Shown one piece after another: positions 55,989 to 64,000 of a stretch of 64,000 nucleotides of DNA. The notes below the pieces were generated by a model. That model saw only the letters and a program-made list of their open reading frames with translations. It was not told where the DNA came from and did no database searches. This DNA is from Clostridiales bacterium (GTDB lineage Bacteria; Bacillota; Clostridia; Christensenellales; UBA1242), in contig SVIA01000005.1 in assembly GCA_015055535.1 (NCBI GenBank), forward strand, positions 3,867 through 67,866, read 5' to 3'. Both the position numbers and the translations under genes were made by a program. Positions within the stretch are counted from its first letter, which is position 1, and each line of letters opens with the position of its first letter.

Positions 55989-57209
55989 ATGGATAGATCA
56001 AAATTGTTTGAAACATTAAAAGAACGTGGATATGTTTATCAAATGTCTAACGAAGAAAATGTAAGGAAAATTGCAAATGGTGAACCAACTACTGTATATG
56101 TTGGTATAGATCCAACGGCTGATAGTTTACACATTGGGCATTTCTTTTCATTAATGATGATTAAATACTTTCAAGATGCTGGTCATAAAGTTATTGTTTT
56201 AGTTGGTGGTGCTACAGCGATGGTTGGTGATCCTAGTGGAAGAACTGATTTAAGAAAAATGTTAACAAAAGAACAAGTTGAACATAATTTTCGTGAAGTT
56301 AAATCTTTAATAGAAAGATTTGTTAATACTGATGGCGAAAATCCAGCTATCATTGTTAATAATGCTGATTGGTTTAAAGACTATAGTTATGTAGATTTTA
56401 TGAGAGATATTGGTAAACATTTTAACGTTAACAGAATGTTATCTAATGAAGCTTACGCTAGACGTTTAGAAGAGGGTGGATTAACTTTCTTGGAAATGGG
56501 TTATATGTTAATGCAAGCGTATGATTTTGTTTATTTAAACAAAAAATACGGTTGTACTTTACAAATTGGAGGTTCTGATCAATGGGGAAATATGACTGCC
56601 GGAACTGAACTTAGTAGGAAAATGGCTTTTGAAGATGGTTTAGAACATAATCTAGAATGTTTAACTTGTCCACTGTTAACAAATAGTGAAGGTCAAAAAA
56701 TGGGTAAAACTGCTAAAGGTGCTCTTTGGGTTGCTAGAGAAAAAACAAGTGTTTACGATTTCTATCAATATTTTTATAATGTGCCAGATACAGATACTGA
56801 AACACTACTTAGATTATTTACAAGAATTCCACTAGATGAAATTAAAGAACTTGTAAATTCTGACATTGTAAAAGCTAAAAAAGTTATGGCTTATGAAATT
56901 ACAAAACTTGTTCATGGTAAAGTTGAGGCTGATAACGCTATTAATATGGCAAATAATATTTTTAATAATGCAAACTTTGAAAATATGCCAAGTGAAAATG
57001 TTAAAATTGATAACGAAATTAATGTTGTAGACTTTTTAGCATTAACTTCACTATTTTCTTCTAAAGGCGAAGCAAGAAGAATGATAGAACAAGGTGGAAT
57101 AACAATTGATGATGAAAAAATATCAGATATTAAGCTTGTTTTGAAGGTAAAAAGTGAATATATAATTAAAAAAGGTAAGAAAACTTTTATAAAAGTTCTA
57201 AATAAATAA
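55989..57209 (+). CDS. tyrS: Tyrosyl-tRNA synthetase
   Basis: HIGH motif (SLHIGHF), KMSKS-type KMGKT, a C-terminal S4-like domain, 406 aa. Confidence 0.9.
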   Translation: MDRSKLFETLKERGYVYQMSNEENVRKIANGEPTTVYVGIDPTADSLHIGHFFSLMMIKYFQDAGHKVIVLVGGATAMVGDPSGRTDLRKMLTKEQVEHNFREVKSLIERFVNTDGENPAIIVNNADWFKDYSYVDFMRDIGKHFNVNRMLSNEAYARRLEEGGLTFLEMGYMLMQAYDFVYLNKKYGCTLQIGGSDQWGNMTAGTELSRKMAFEDGLEHNLECLTCPLLTNSEGQKMGKTAKGALWVAREKTSVYDFYQYFYNVPDTDTETLLRLFTRIPLDEIKELVNSDIVKAKKVMAYEITKLVHGKVEADNAINMANNIFNNANFENMPSENVKIDNEINVVDFLALTSLFSSKGEARRMIEQGGITIDDEKISDIKLVLKVKSEYIIKKGKKTFIKVLNK

Positions 57210-57217
57210 TAGCAAAT

Positions 57218-57245
57218 AAAAAGGCAGATATAATTCTGCCTTTTT
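57218..57245. terminator. Bidirectional intrinsic terminator between tyrS and the convergent small gene
   Basis: AAAAAGGCAGA/TCTGCCTTTTT stem. Confidence 0.75.
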
Positions 57246-57468
57246 ATTTTTTAAGTTTTTTAGAAATAGCGTTTAACTCTTTTGCTTCATTTAAACATAA
57301 TTTATATTTTTCAGTTAATTCTTCAATTTTTTTTAAGGTGTTTAAATTTGTTCTATCTTTATTATATATTTCTATTAAAGCTTCTTTTTCTTTATTTATT
57401 TTATTTATAGTATTTAAATTTTCATTTATTAATTTCGTTACTTCAACTAAATTATAATAATTTTTCAT
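57244..57468 (-). CDS. Hypothetical 74-aa coiled-coil protein
   Basis: Start set at MKNYYNL, after a strong GGAGGA RBS. Overlaps the stop of the upstream 727-aa gene by 17 nt. Confidence 0.5.
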   Translation of the reverse strand: MKNYYNLVEVTKLINENLNTINKINKEKEALIEIYNKDRTNLNTLKKIEELTEKYKLCLNEAKELNAISKKLKK

Positions 57469-59635
57469 TTTCTTCCTCCAATTTAAATATACAATATTGT
57501 TCATCTTGCCAATCACCTTTATATTCGTAATTTTCAGAAAACTTTTTAAAGTTTAAACCTTTTAATAAATTTTCTTCTTTTAATATATTGTATTTATAAA
57601 ATATATTTGTAAATTTATTATATTTTCCACCAATATTTATTTGTTTGATTTTATTTTCAGGATGATTTTTATTATAAGTGTTTACAAAGGCCTTTATTCC
57701 TTTTAAAAAAGTTAGAAAAACCTTTTCACGTTCTAAAGGATCTAAAATATTTGTTGTTAATGAACCTGTATTTACTACACCATAGCCTTGAGTAGGATTG
57801 ATATAGAGTGTAAATTTTGAAACAATTTTACCAGCTTCATTTTTGATTACCAAATTTTTCACATCTGGGTGAATTATACTTGCAATCATTATTCCTTCAC
57901 CAGAGCCATCAATATGAGCACAGCAAGAACAGTAGTATCCAAGCATTAAATTTTTAGGATCATTTTTCTTTAGCCATTCGTAGCTATAATCTTTTTTTAG
58001 CGTTTTTGTAATATCATTTAAACTTTCTAAATTAAGTTTTAAAATTTCTTCTTCAATTTTATTAGCCACTGAGAAAATAGAAGCATCTTCAATTTCAATA
58101 TCTTGAAAGTTATTTTTTTCTACCATTTTATTATATTTTTCTATAATTGAAACACCCAATTCAAAATCTTCCTGATTATTTGAAAATTTAGCAATTTCAT
58201 TTGCAATGTTTTGAGTTTTCTCTGTTACGCCATCAAAAATAGTTGGAGTTAAATAATTTTTAAATTTTTCTACCGTTGGCTTTAGTTGCCTGTGTTGAAC
58301 ATTTTTTGATACATTGTTTATTTGAATTTCTTCAAAATTATTATAAGCTTCAGAAAATATGTCGTAACCTTCTGCATATAAAGAAAGCAGTTTTGTAAAA
58401 TTTTCTTTTTTTGTTATAAATTCAGAGTATTCTTGATTAAAACCTTTTAGTTCCATTTTTTGAAACATACTTATAAAAGTTGTTAAGCTAACTGTATTTG
58501 TAATTAAAATTTCTTCTATAAAATTTGAAATTTTATTTCCAAATTGTTTGTTTTCACTAAAAACTCCCAAATTATAACATGCAATTATAAAAGTTTGTTC
58601 GTCGTATTGATCAAGGTTTGTTGCAAATAATTTTTCTAATCTTTTATAAAATTTAAAATTAGATTTTTTAAAAATTTCATCTTGCTTATATCTAATAAGC
58701 AATTTTGCAAAACCATAAGGAATTTTAATGTATTTTTCAATACTATTGTTTAAGCTGTTTAATTTATTATATTCGTCAGAAAATCTTACTGAATAATTTT
58801 TAAAGCCAGACAAATTTAAACTAAAAATTGTATTAACACTTTCATTAGAAATAATTTCAATTTCCACACTTTTCAATTGTTTGCAAAACATTAATAAATT
58901 TTCATCCAAATGAACCATTTTATATGTAGACAATTTAAACTCTTCTAAATTATTGCAGTTAGAGAAGGCAATAGGCTCAATTTTTTCTAATGTTTTTGGA
59001 AAATTAATATTTTTTAATTTTATACAATGAGAAAAGCAGGAACTTCTAATTAATTTTACATTTTCGGGTATGGTTATACTTGTAAGGCCAATGCAAGTGT
59101 CAAAAAGACCCATAGATAATTCTGTTAAACTATTAGGTAGTTGTATATTTTTTAATTTAAAACAACTAGCAAAACAAAAATGACCAATTTCAACAACGGA
59201 ATTGGGAATAATAACATTATCTAAGTTGGGACAATTTTTAAAAGCATAGCCTTCAATAATTTTTAAATTTTTATTAAAGTGTATTTTTTTAAGATTTTTA
59301 CAATCTTGAAAACAACTTTGTTCTAATCTTATTATATTTTGTGGTAATTTTACATATTCTAAATTTAAACAATTACAAAAAGTTGATGGCCTTAAAGTTT
59401 TAATATCGGCATCTATTATTATATTTTTAATATATGGGTTATTTATAAACGCTTTTTCATTAATTTCTTTTACATTTTTATTAATTATAACAGTATTTAC
59501 ATTTAAATTTGAAAAAGCATTAGAATCTATAATTGTAATATCATTAGGTACAACAAAAACACGTTCGCCATTAATAAAGCTAACGTCTTCATTATTTATT
59601 GTTGTTAATTTTTTTATTTTTGAAAAGATTCCCAT
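57452..59635 (-). CDS. BspA-type LRR protein with large uncharacterised C-terminal domain
   Basis: N-terminal ~270 aa hold LRR_5-like repeats (IDSNAFSN..., IEGYAFKNCPNLDNVIIPNSV...). The C-terminal ~450 aa match no family I recognise and include GYYCSCCAHIDGSGEGIM. Confidence 0.6.
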   Translation of the reverse strand: MGIFSKIKKLTTINNEDVSFINGERVFVVPNDITIIDSNAFSNLNVNTVIINKNVKEINEKAFINNPYIKNIIIDADIKTLRPSTFCNCLNLEYVKLPQNIIRLEQSCFQDCKNLKKIHFNKNLKIIEGYAFKNCPNLDNVIIPNSVVEIGHFCFASCFKLKNIQLPNSLTELSMGLFDTCIGLTSITIPENVKLIRSSCFSHCIKLKNINFPKTLEKIEPIAFSNCNNLEEFKLSTYKMVHLDENLLMFCKQLKSVEIEIISNESVNTIFSLNLSGFKNYSVRFSDEYNKLNSLNNSIEKYIKIPYGFAKLLIRYKQDEIFKKSNFKFYKRLEKLFATNLDQYDEQTFIIACYNLGVFSENKQFGNKISNFIEEILITNTVSLTTFISMFQKMELKGFNQEYSEFITKKENFTKLLSLYAEGYDIFSEAYNNFEEIQINNVSKNVQHRQLKPTVEKFKNYLTPTIFDGVTEKTQNIANEIAKFSNNQEDFELGVSIIEKYNKMVEKNNFQDIEIEDASIFSVANKIEEEILKLNLESLNDITKTLKKDYSYEWLKKNDPKNLMLGYYCSCCAHIDGSGEGIMIASIIHPDVKNLVIKNEAGKIVSKFTLYINPTQGYGVVNTGSLTTNILDPLEREKVFLTFLKGIKAFVNTYNKNHPENKIKQINIGGKYNKFTNIFYKYNILKEENLLKGLNFKKFSENYEYKGDWQDEQYCIFKLEEENEKLL

Positions 59636-59862
59636 TTAAATTATTATATCATAGTTTTATATTTTGTCAATGTTAAAATAAATTGTGATATTAAAGATTT
59701 CTTTGTTTAAAAATTTCATGTTTTTAAATATTGAATAAATAGTATATTTAATATAATTTATTAAAAATATTAAAATTAATTATATATTTTTACATTTATA
59801 TAGAACAATCAATAGTTTTATAAAAATGGGTAAGAAAGAGTAAAATAAAATTTTTTTATTTA

Positions 59863-60126
59863 TTAACCCAACCCCATAAACTTTTTAGCGACAAGACAAC
59901 CATTGCAAAAAAGGCGCATATTAAAAAATCCCATTTTTGCTTCTACTATAATTTTTTTATCACTTGTGTTTATTTCACCTTTTAAACAAAATCGCGTTGC
60001 AATCAACCCAGAATATTGATCTACTACTTTTCCATTAATTACAAGAGAACAAACATTTGGAGAGTTAAAAATTTGAATTATATTTTCATTTTCTGTATAT
60101 TGTATTTTTAATTTGCCTAAATCCAT
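59863..60126 (-). CDS. Hypothetical 87-aa protein
   Basis: Start moved to MDLGKL, after AAGGAGAA. The longer track ORF runs into the tRNA-Ser gene. Confidence 0.45.
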   Translation of the reverse strand: MDLGKLKIQYTENENIIQIFNSPNVCSLVINGKVVDQYSGLIATRFCLKGEINTSDKKIIVEAKMGFFNMRLFCNGCLVAKKFMGLG

Positions 60127-60173
60127 ATTATTTTTCTCCTTATAAGATTGATTTGAAACAATGTATAAAATAT

Positions 60174-60261
60174 TGGCGGAGAAAGGCGGATTCGAACCGC
60201 CGGTACCGGTTAGTACACTTGTTTTCGAGACAAGCACATTCGACCACTCTGACATTTCTCC
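60174..60261 (-). tRNA. tRNA-Ser (anticodon CGA), long variable arm
   Basis: Acceptor GGAGAAA/TTTCTCC, anticodon arm CTTGT-CTCGAAA-ACAAG, CCA encoded. Upstream promoter on the minus strand: TTGAAA (60296-91), 16 nt, TATAAT (60274-69). Confidence 0.9.
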
Positions 60262-60457
60262 GTAATTAATTATAACATAAATTTTTATATTTTCAAATAA
60301 TTTAAAATTACTTTTTATTTATACAATTTTGATTGTTTAAATTGTTAATAAATTTATAGGAAGATTTTTTTGCTATTAAGTTCTAATTAAAATTTAAAAA
60401 GCATATTGACAATAAAAAGTTTTTATGTTAATATAATAACGTTTATAGGAGATAAAT

Positions 60458-60859
60458 ATGAAACAATTTTATACATTTGTTGGAGCGATAATGAATAGAG
60501 ATAATATGCCTTGCTTTGCAACACCAGTTTATGTTAATAATGGTAAATTCTTTATTCAAGAAGTTGATAATAAAAAAATCACATTAAAAGAAGTTAATAG
60601 TAATTTTTTTGTTTCTGATAAATTTGTAAGACCTGTTAGATATCATTTTTCAGAAGACTATATTTCTAATAATGCTTTATATTGTTACGCTTTTGATGAA
60701 AATAAAAGATGGATTGGTAATCATAAAGAAATATCAGATTTTATTGAAGAAAATTACAAAAAATATAAAGGCAAATTTAAAAATCCTTTTGTGCTAGCTG
60801 AAGTTGTTGAGTTTGTTGGCATAGAGAAAAAAGGCCTAAGTGATGTGTTTGAATTATAA
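60458..60859 (+). CDS. Hypothetical protein
   Basis: 133-aa ORF with promoter TTGACA-17-TAATAT and RBS AGGAG upstream. No recognisable motifs. Confidence 0.45.
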   Translation: MKQFYTFVGAIMNRDNMPCFATPVYVNNGKFFIQEVDNKKITLKEVNSNFFVSDKFVRPVRYHFSEDYISNNALYCYAFDENKRWIGNHKEISDFIEENYKKYKGKFKNPFVLAEVVEFVGIEKKGLSDVFEL

Positions 60860-60885
60860 AAAATAGCATAATTTTATGCTATTTT

Positions 60886-61848
60886 TTATTTGTTTTCATT
60901 ATTATTTTCACTATTGTTAATATCTAAAGTATCAACTTTAATATTTTTATTTTTTCCTTTTTTAGGTGTACGTTTTTTTCTTGCAAGTTTATCAACAAAC
61001 TCTTCGATTTTTTCTCTGTATTTAACACTAAAAACAAAAGATATTATTAAAAGTAAAATTAAAATTGGCCAAACAATTAAACCATAGCCACTAAATGGTA
61101 TTAATGTCCCGCTTCCTAAAAAACATGTACAAATTATTCCAATTGGTCTTGTTATTAAATTTGTGAAAAAGAAAAAATCAAAACTCATGTTAGTTACACC
61201 TGCAGCCATGCATAAAATATCATCTGGAAAAATTGGGAATAACATCATTAAAAAGAAAATATATTTTCCATTTGTTAATTTTTTTGTCCATTTTTCAGCA
61301 TCTTCTTTTCCAGCTATCCAACAAAGTAGTTTTTTCCCAAATTTTCTTCCAAGGAAAAAAGCAAAAATGCTACCAAGCATAATAGAAATTAAACTCACAA
61401 AAAATGTAGTCCAAGGTCCAAAAATTAGTGCACCAGCAACTGTAGTTAAAAATGCGGGTATTGGCAAAAATGTAACTTGTAAAAATTGAATTATTATAAA
61501 AATAAATATACTCAATTTTCCACCAGATAAAATAAATTCTTTAACATCTTCTAAACTATTAAATTTATCTAATAATCCTGTATATTTTAAAATAAAGTAT
61601 CCACCTAAAACAACAATAGAAACTAAAATAGTTGCTATTAGTGCACGAAAAATTTTACCTCTTTTTGTTGAATTATCTAAAATTTTATGTTGATTTATTT
61701 TTTCACCCATTTTAGATTTAGTTTCGTTTAGTTTAGAAAAATTTTCTTCTTCTTTAATTAAAACATCTTCATTTTTATTAAGGTTATAAAATTCTTTATT
61801 TAAAATATTTTCTTCTTTTTTAACAATTTCTTTTTCTTTTTTATTCAT
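60886..61848 (-). CDS. TVP38/TMEM64 (DedA-related, SNARE-associated) family membrane protein with Lys/Glu-rich N-terminal extension
   Basis: VTFLPIPAFLTTVAGALIFGPW...LGSIFAFFLGRKFGKK is typical of the family. Confidence 0.65.
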   Translation of the reverse strand: MNKKEKEIVKKEENILNKEFYNLNKNEDVLIKEEENFSKLNETKSKMGEKINQHKILDNSTKRGKIFRALIATILVSIVVLGGYFILKYTGLLDKFNSLEDVKEFILSGGKLSIFIFIIIQFLQVTFLPIPAFLTTVAGALIFGPWTTFFVSLISIMLGSIFAFFLGRKFGKKLLCWIAGKEDAEKWTKKLTNGKYIFFLMMLFPIFPDDILCMAAGVTNMSFDFFFFTNLITRPIGIICTCFLGSGTLIPFSGYGLIVWPILILLLIISFVFSVKYREKIEEFVDKLARKKRTPKKGKNKNIKVDTLDINNSENNNENK

Positions 61849-61947
61849 AATGTAACTATAATTATATTATATTCAAAATTTATAATTTAAACAACAGAAT
61901 TTTTAAATATAAATAACAATTTTTTATAATAAATCATATTTATTTTT

Positions 61948-62616
61948 ATGACAAACAAAAAAAAGTTAAAAGAATTTAAATCGCGAGGCATTAAAATTAT
62001 AAACGAGGCCTCTGTTTTTATTGATGATAGTGTAACAATTGGAAATAATGTTACAATTTATCAAAATAATGTAATAATTAAAAATTCAGTTATAAAAGAT
62101 AATTGTATTTTAGAAGAAAATAATCATATAGAGAATTGCGAGATTGGAGAAAACAATATAATATCTAACAGTTACATGAAAGATAGCAAAATTATGAATA
62201 ATAATTCCATTGGTCCATTTTCAAGATTAAGAGAAGTAGACATAAAAAATAATACTAAAATAGGAAATTTTGTTGAAATTAAAAAAAGTATAATTTCTAA
62301 TGGAACAAAAATTTCTCATTTAACTTATGTTGGAGATGCTTTTATAGGAGAAAATACAAATATTGGTTGCGGTGTTATTTTTTGTAATTACAACGGAAAA
62401 TACAAATTTAAAACTACTATAGGAAATAATTGTTTTATAGGAAGTAATTGTAACTTAGTCGCGCCAGTTGTTGTGGGAGATAATGCTTTTATTGCTGCAG
62501 GATGCACTATTTATAAAAATATTGATGAAAACAAATTTGTTATTTCTAACAGAGAATTAAGTATTAAAGAAGATTATAAAAAAATACATATAAAAAATAA
62601 TAAAACTAAGAATTAA
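61948..62616 (+). CDS. Left-handed beta-helix acetyltransferase corresponding to the C-terminal (GlcN-1-P acetyltransferase) domain of GlmU only
   Basis: [66 protein letters not shown] closely resembles the GlmU C-terminal domain. At 222 aa there is no N-terminal uridyltransferase domain. Adjacent to glmM. Confidence 0.65.
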   Translation: MTNKKKLKEFKSRGIKIINEASVFIDDSVTIGNNVTIYQNNVIIKNSVIKDNCILEENNHIENCEIGENNIISNSYMKDSKIMNNNSIGPFSRLREVDIKNNTKIGNFVEIKKSIISNGTKISHLTYVGDAFIGENTNIGCGVIFCNYNGKYKFKTTIGNNCFIGSNCNLVAPVVVGDNAFIAAGCTIYKNIDENKFVISNRELSIKEDYKKIHIKNNKTKN

Positions 62617-62625
62617 GGGGGATAT

Positions 62626-63927
62626 ATGATTTATTTTGGAACAGATGGAATAAGAGGTGTTGCAAACAAAGAGCTTACAGTGGAGCTTTGTTATAAATGC
62701 GGTTTAGCAATAACCAAAGTTATAAAAGAGCCTAAAATTATAATTGCTACAGACACAAGAGAAAGTAGAGATTTAATTAAAACTTCTCTTTTGAGTGGAT
62801 TATTATCTGGTGGGGCTTATGTTGTAGACGTTGGAATTGCTCCTACTAGTATGGTTTCATTTTTGCTAACTAAACTCAAGTTTGATTTTGGTATTGTTAT
62901 TTCGGCATCACATAATCCAAGTGAATATAACGGAATTAAAATATTTGATAAATTTGGTCAAAAATTAAGCGACAAAATAGAAGAGGAAATTGAATATCAT
63001 ATAATTAACACAAACAGTAATTTAAATGGTAAAATAGGAACTTATAGAAAAGATGAAAAATTGCAAAAAGAATATATTAATTACATTATTGAAAATGTAG
63101 ATGTTAGATTTAACGATTTAAAAATTGTTTTAGATTTGGCAAATGGTGCAAGTTTTAAAGTGGCACCCATAATTTTTAAAAAACTTGGTGCAAAAGTTAT
63201 AACTATTAATAATTATTCTAATGGAGAAATTAATGAAAATTGCGGAAGTTTGCATATAGATGGACTAAGAAAAAAAGTTTTATTAGAAAAAGCTGATGTT
63301 GGCTTTGCTTTTGACGGCGATGCTGATAGATTAATGTGTATAGATAATTTTGGAAATATTGTAGATGGCGATAAAGCAATTTTTTTATTGGCAAATTATT
63401 TGAAAAAGAAAAAACAATTAAAAAACAATATTGTTGTTGGTACAACGCAAACAAATTTAAAAATTGAGGATAGATTAAAAAATAAAGGTATTAAATTTTT
63501 ACGCAGTGATGTTGGTGATAAATATGTTATTGAAAAAATGAAAGAGTATAAGTCTAATCTTGGTGGAGAGCAAAGCGGTCATATAATTTTAAGTGATATT
63601 TTACCTACTGGTGATGGAATATTATCAGCTGTAAAAATTTTAGAAGTTATAAAACAAGAAAAAAAATCGTTATATAAATTAACTCAAATAAAACTAATGC
63701 CGCAAAAATCTATTAATGTAATTGTAAAAGATAAAGCGAGAATAAAAAATAGTGAAGAATTAAACGATTTAATAAAATCTTTACAAAAAAATTTTGATGG
63801 TCGAATTATTGTAAGAGCAAGTGGAACTGAAAACAAAATTAGGGTTTTAGTAGAAGGAAAAAGTAAAAAACTATTAAATGAAATTAGTGGTAAAATTGTA
63901 AATTTAATAAATAAACTTAATATTTAG
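62626..63927 (+). CDS. glmM: Phosphoglucosamine mutase
   Basis: GTDGIRG, active-site SASHNP, FDGDADR and GGEQSGH. Confidence 0.9.
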   Translation: MIYFGTDGIRGVANKELTVELCYKCGLAITKVIKEPKIIIATDTRESRDLIKTSLLSGLLSGGAYVVDVGIAPTSMVSFLLTKLKFDFGIVISASHNPSEYNGIKIFDKFGQKLSDKIEEEIEYHIINTNSNLNGKIGTYRKDEKLQKEYINYIIENVDVRFNDLKIVLDLANGASFKVAPIIFKKLGAKVITINNYSNGEINENCGSLHIDGLRKKVLLEKADVGFAFDGDADRLMCIDNFGNIVDGDKAIFLLANYLKKKKQLKNNIVVGTTQTNLKIEDRLKNKGIKFLRSDVGDKYVIEKMKEYKSNLGGEQSGHIILSDILPTGDGILSAVKILEVIKQEKKSLYKLTQIKLMPQKSINVIVKDKARIKNSEELNDLIKSLQKNFDGRIIVRASGTENKIRVLVEGKSKKLLNEISGKIVNLINKLNI

Positions 63928-64000
63928 TTTGAAATAAAAAGCTAAAATGTTATAATAACTATATGCAAAATAAATATTCAAAAAAAGATAGCGCATTATC

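Noticed and set aside
60127-60255. N-terminal extension of the 59863..60255 ORF
   Set aside because: The extension overlaps tRNA-Ser (60174-60261). A strong RBS precedes the internal Met at 60126, so the gene was shortened.
1-64000. Alternative genetic code (UGA=Trp, Mollicutes-like), suggested by the AT-richness and DUF285-type repeats
   Set aside because: TGA functions as a stop (primase at 5882-84, MTase at 6991-93) with sensible gene boundaries, and Trp is encoded by TGG throughout. The standard bacterial code fits.

Overview
Strongly AT-rich, low-GC Gram-positive (Bacillota-type) chromosomal segment using the standard code: TGA is used as a stop and TGG as Trp. All domain names are motif recognition by eye; no searches were run. 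Nt 1-9.3 kb is the right-hand part of an integrative conjugative element (ICE). It carries a VirB4-like ATPase, an ArdC-like protein, DUF3846/DUF4313-like proteins, an LRR protein, a primase, an orphan m5C methyltransferase, an Xis-like HTH protein and a tyrosine integrase, and it abuts the 3' end of tRNA-Thr. An extra 41-bp copy of the tRNA 5' half lies nearby. The rest is core chromosome: dnaB(DnaD-type)/dnaI, an M1 peptidase, a collagen-like lipoprotein, 10 intact tRNA genes in the window (two 3-gene operons with near-identical promoters, four singletons) and pnuC-like, cdd, tspO and rbr. Further on come a fused MacB-type ABC transporter, a 3046-aa repeat surface protein, comEC-holA, a U32 peptidase, a CwlD-like amidase and rpmG-secE-nusG-(2 sORFs)-rplK-rplA. 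The window ends with yitT-like, thyA, a radical SAM gene, tyrS, a second LRR protein, a GlmU-C-like acetyltransferase and glmM. The most interesting signal is the tyrS leader (55836-55988). Instead of a T-box it holds a probably leaderless 14-codon ORF with five consecutive Tyr codons (MKLMQKSYYYYYKI), followed by mutually exclusive antiterminator and terminator hairpins. This looks like a ribosome-mediated attenuator for a tyrosyl-tRNA synthetase. Secondary signals are a structured motif duplicated before both rplK and rplA (candidate L1 autoregulatory sites), several apparently leaderless genes, a stand-alone GlmU acetyltransferase domain, near-perfect in-frame tandem repeats in surface protein genes, and a ComEC with a degenerate nuclease motif.
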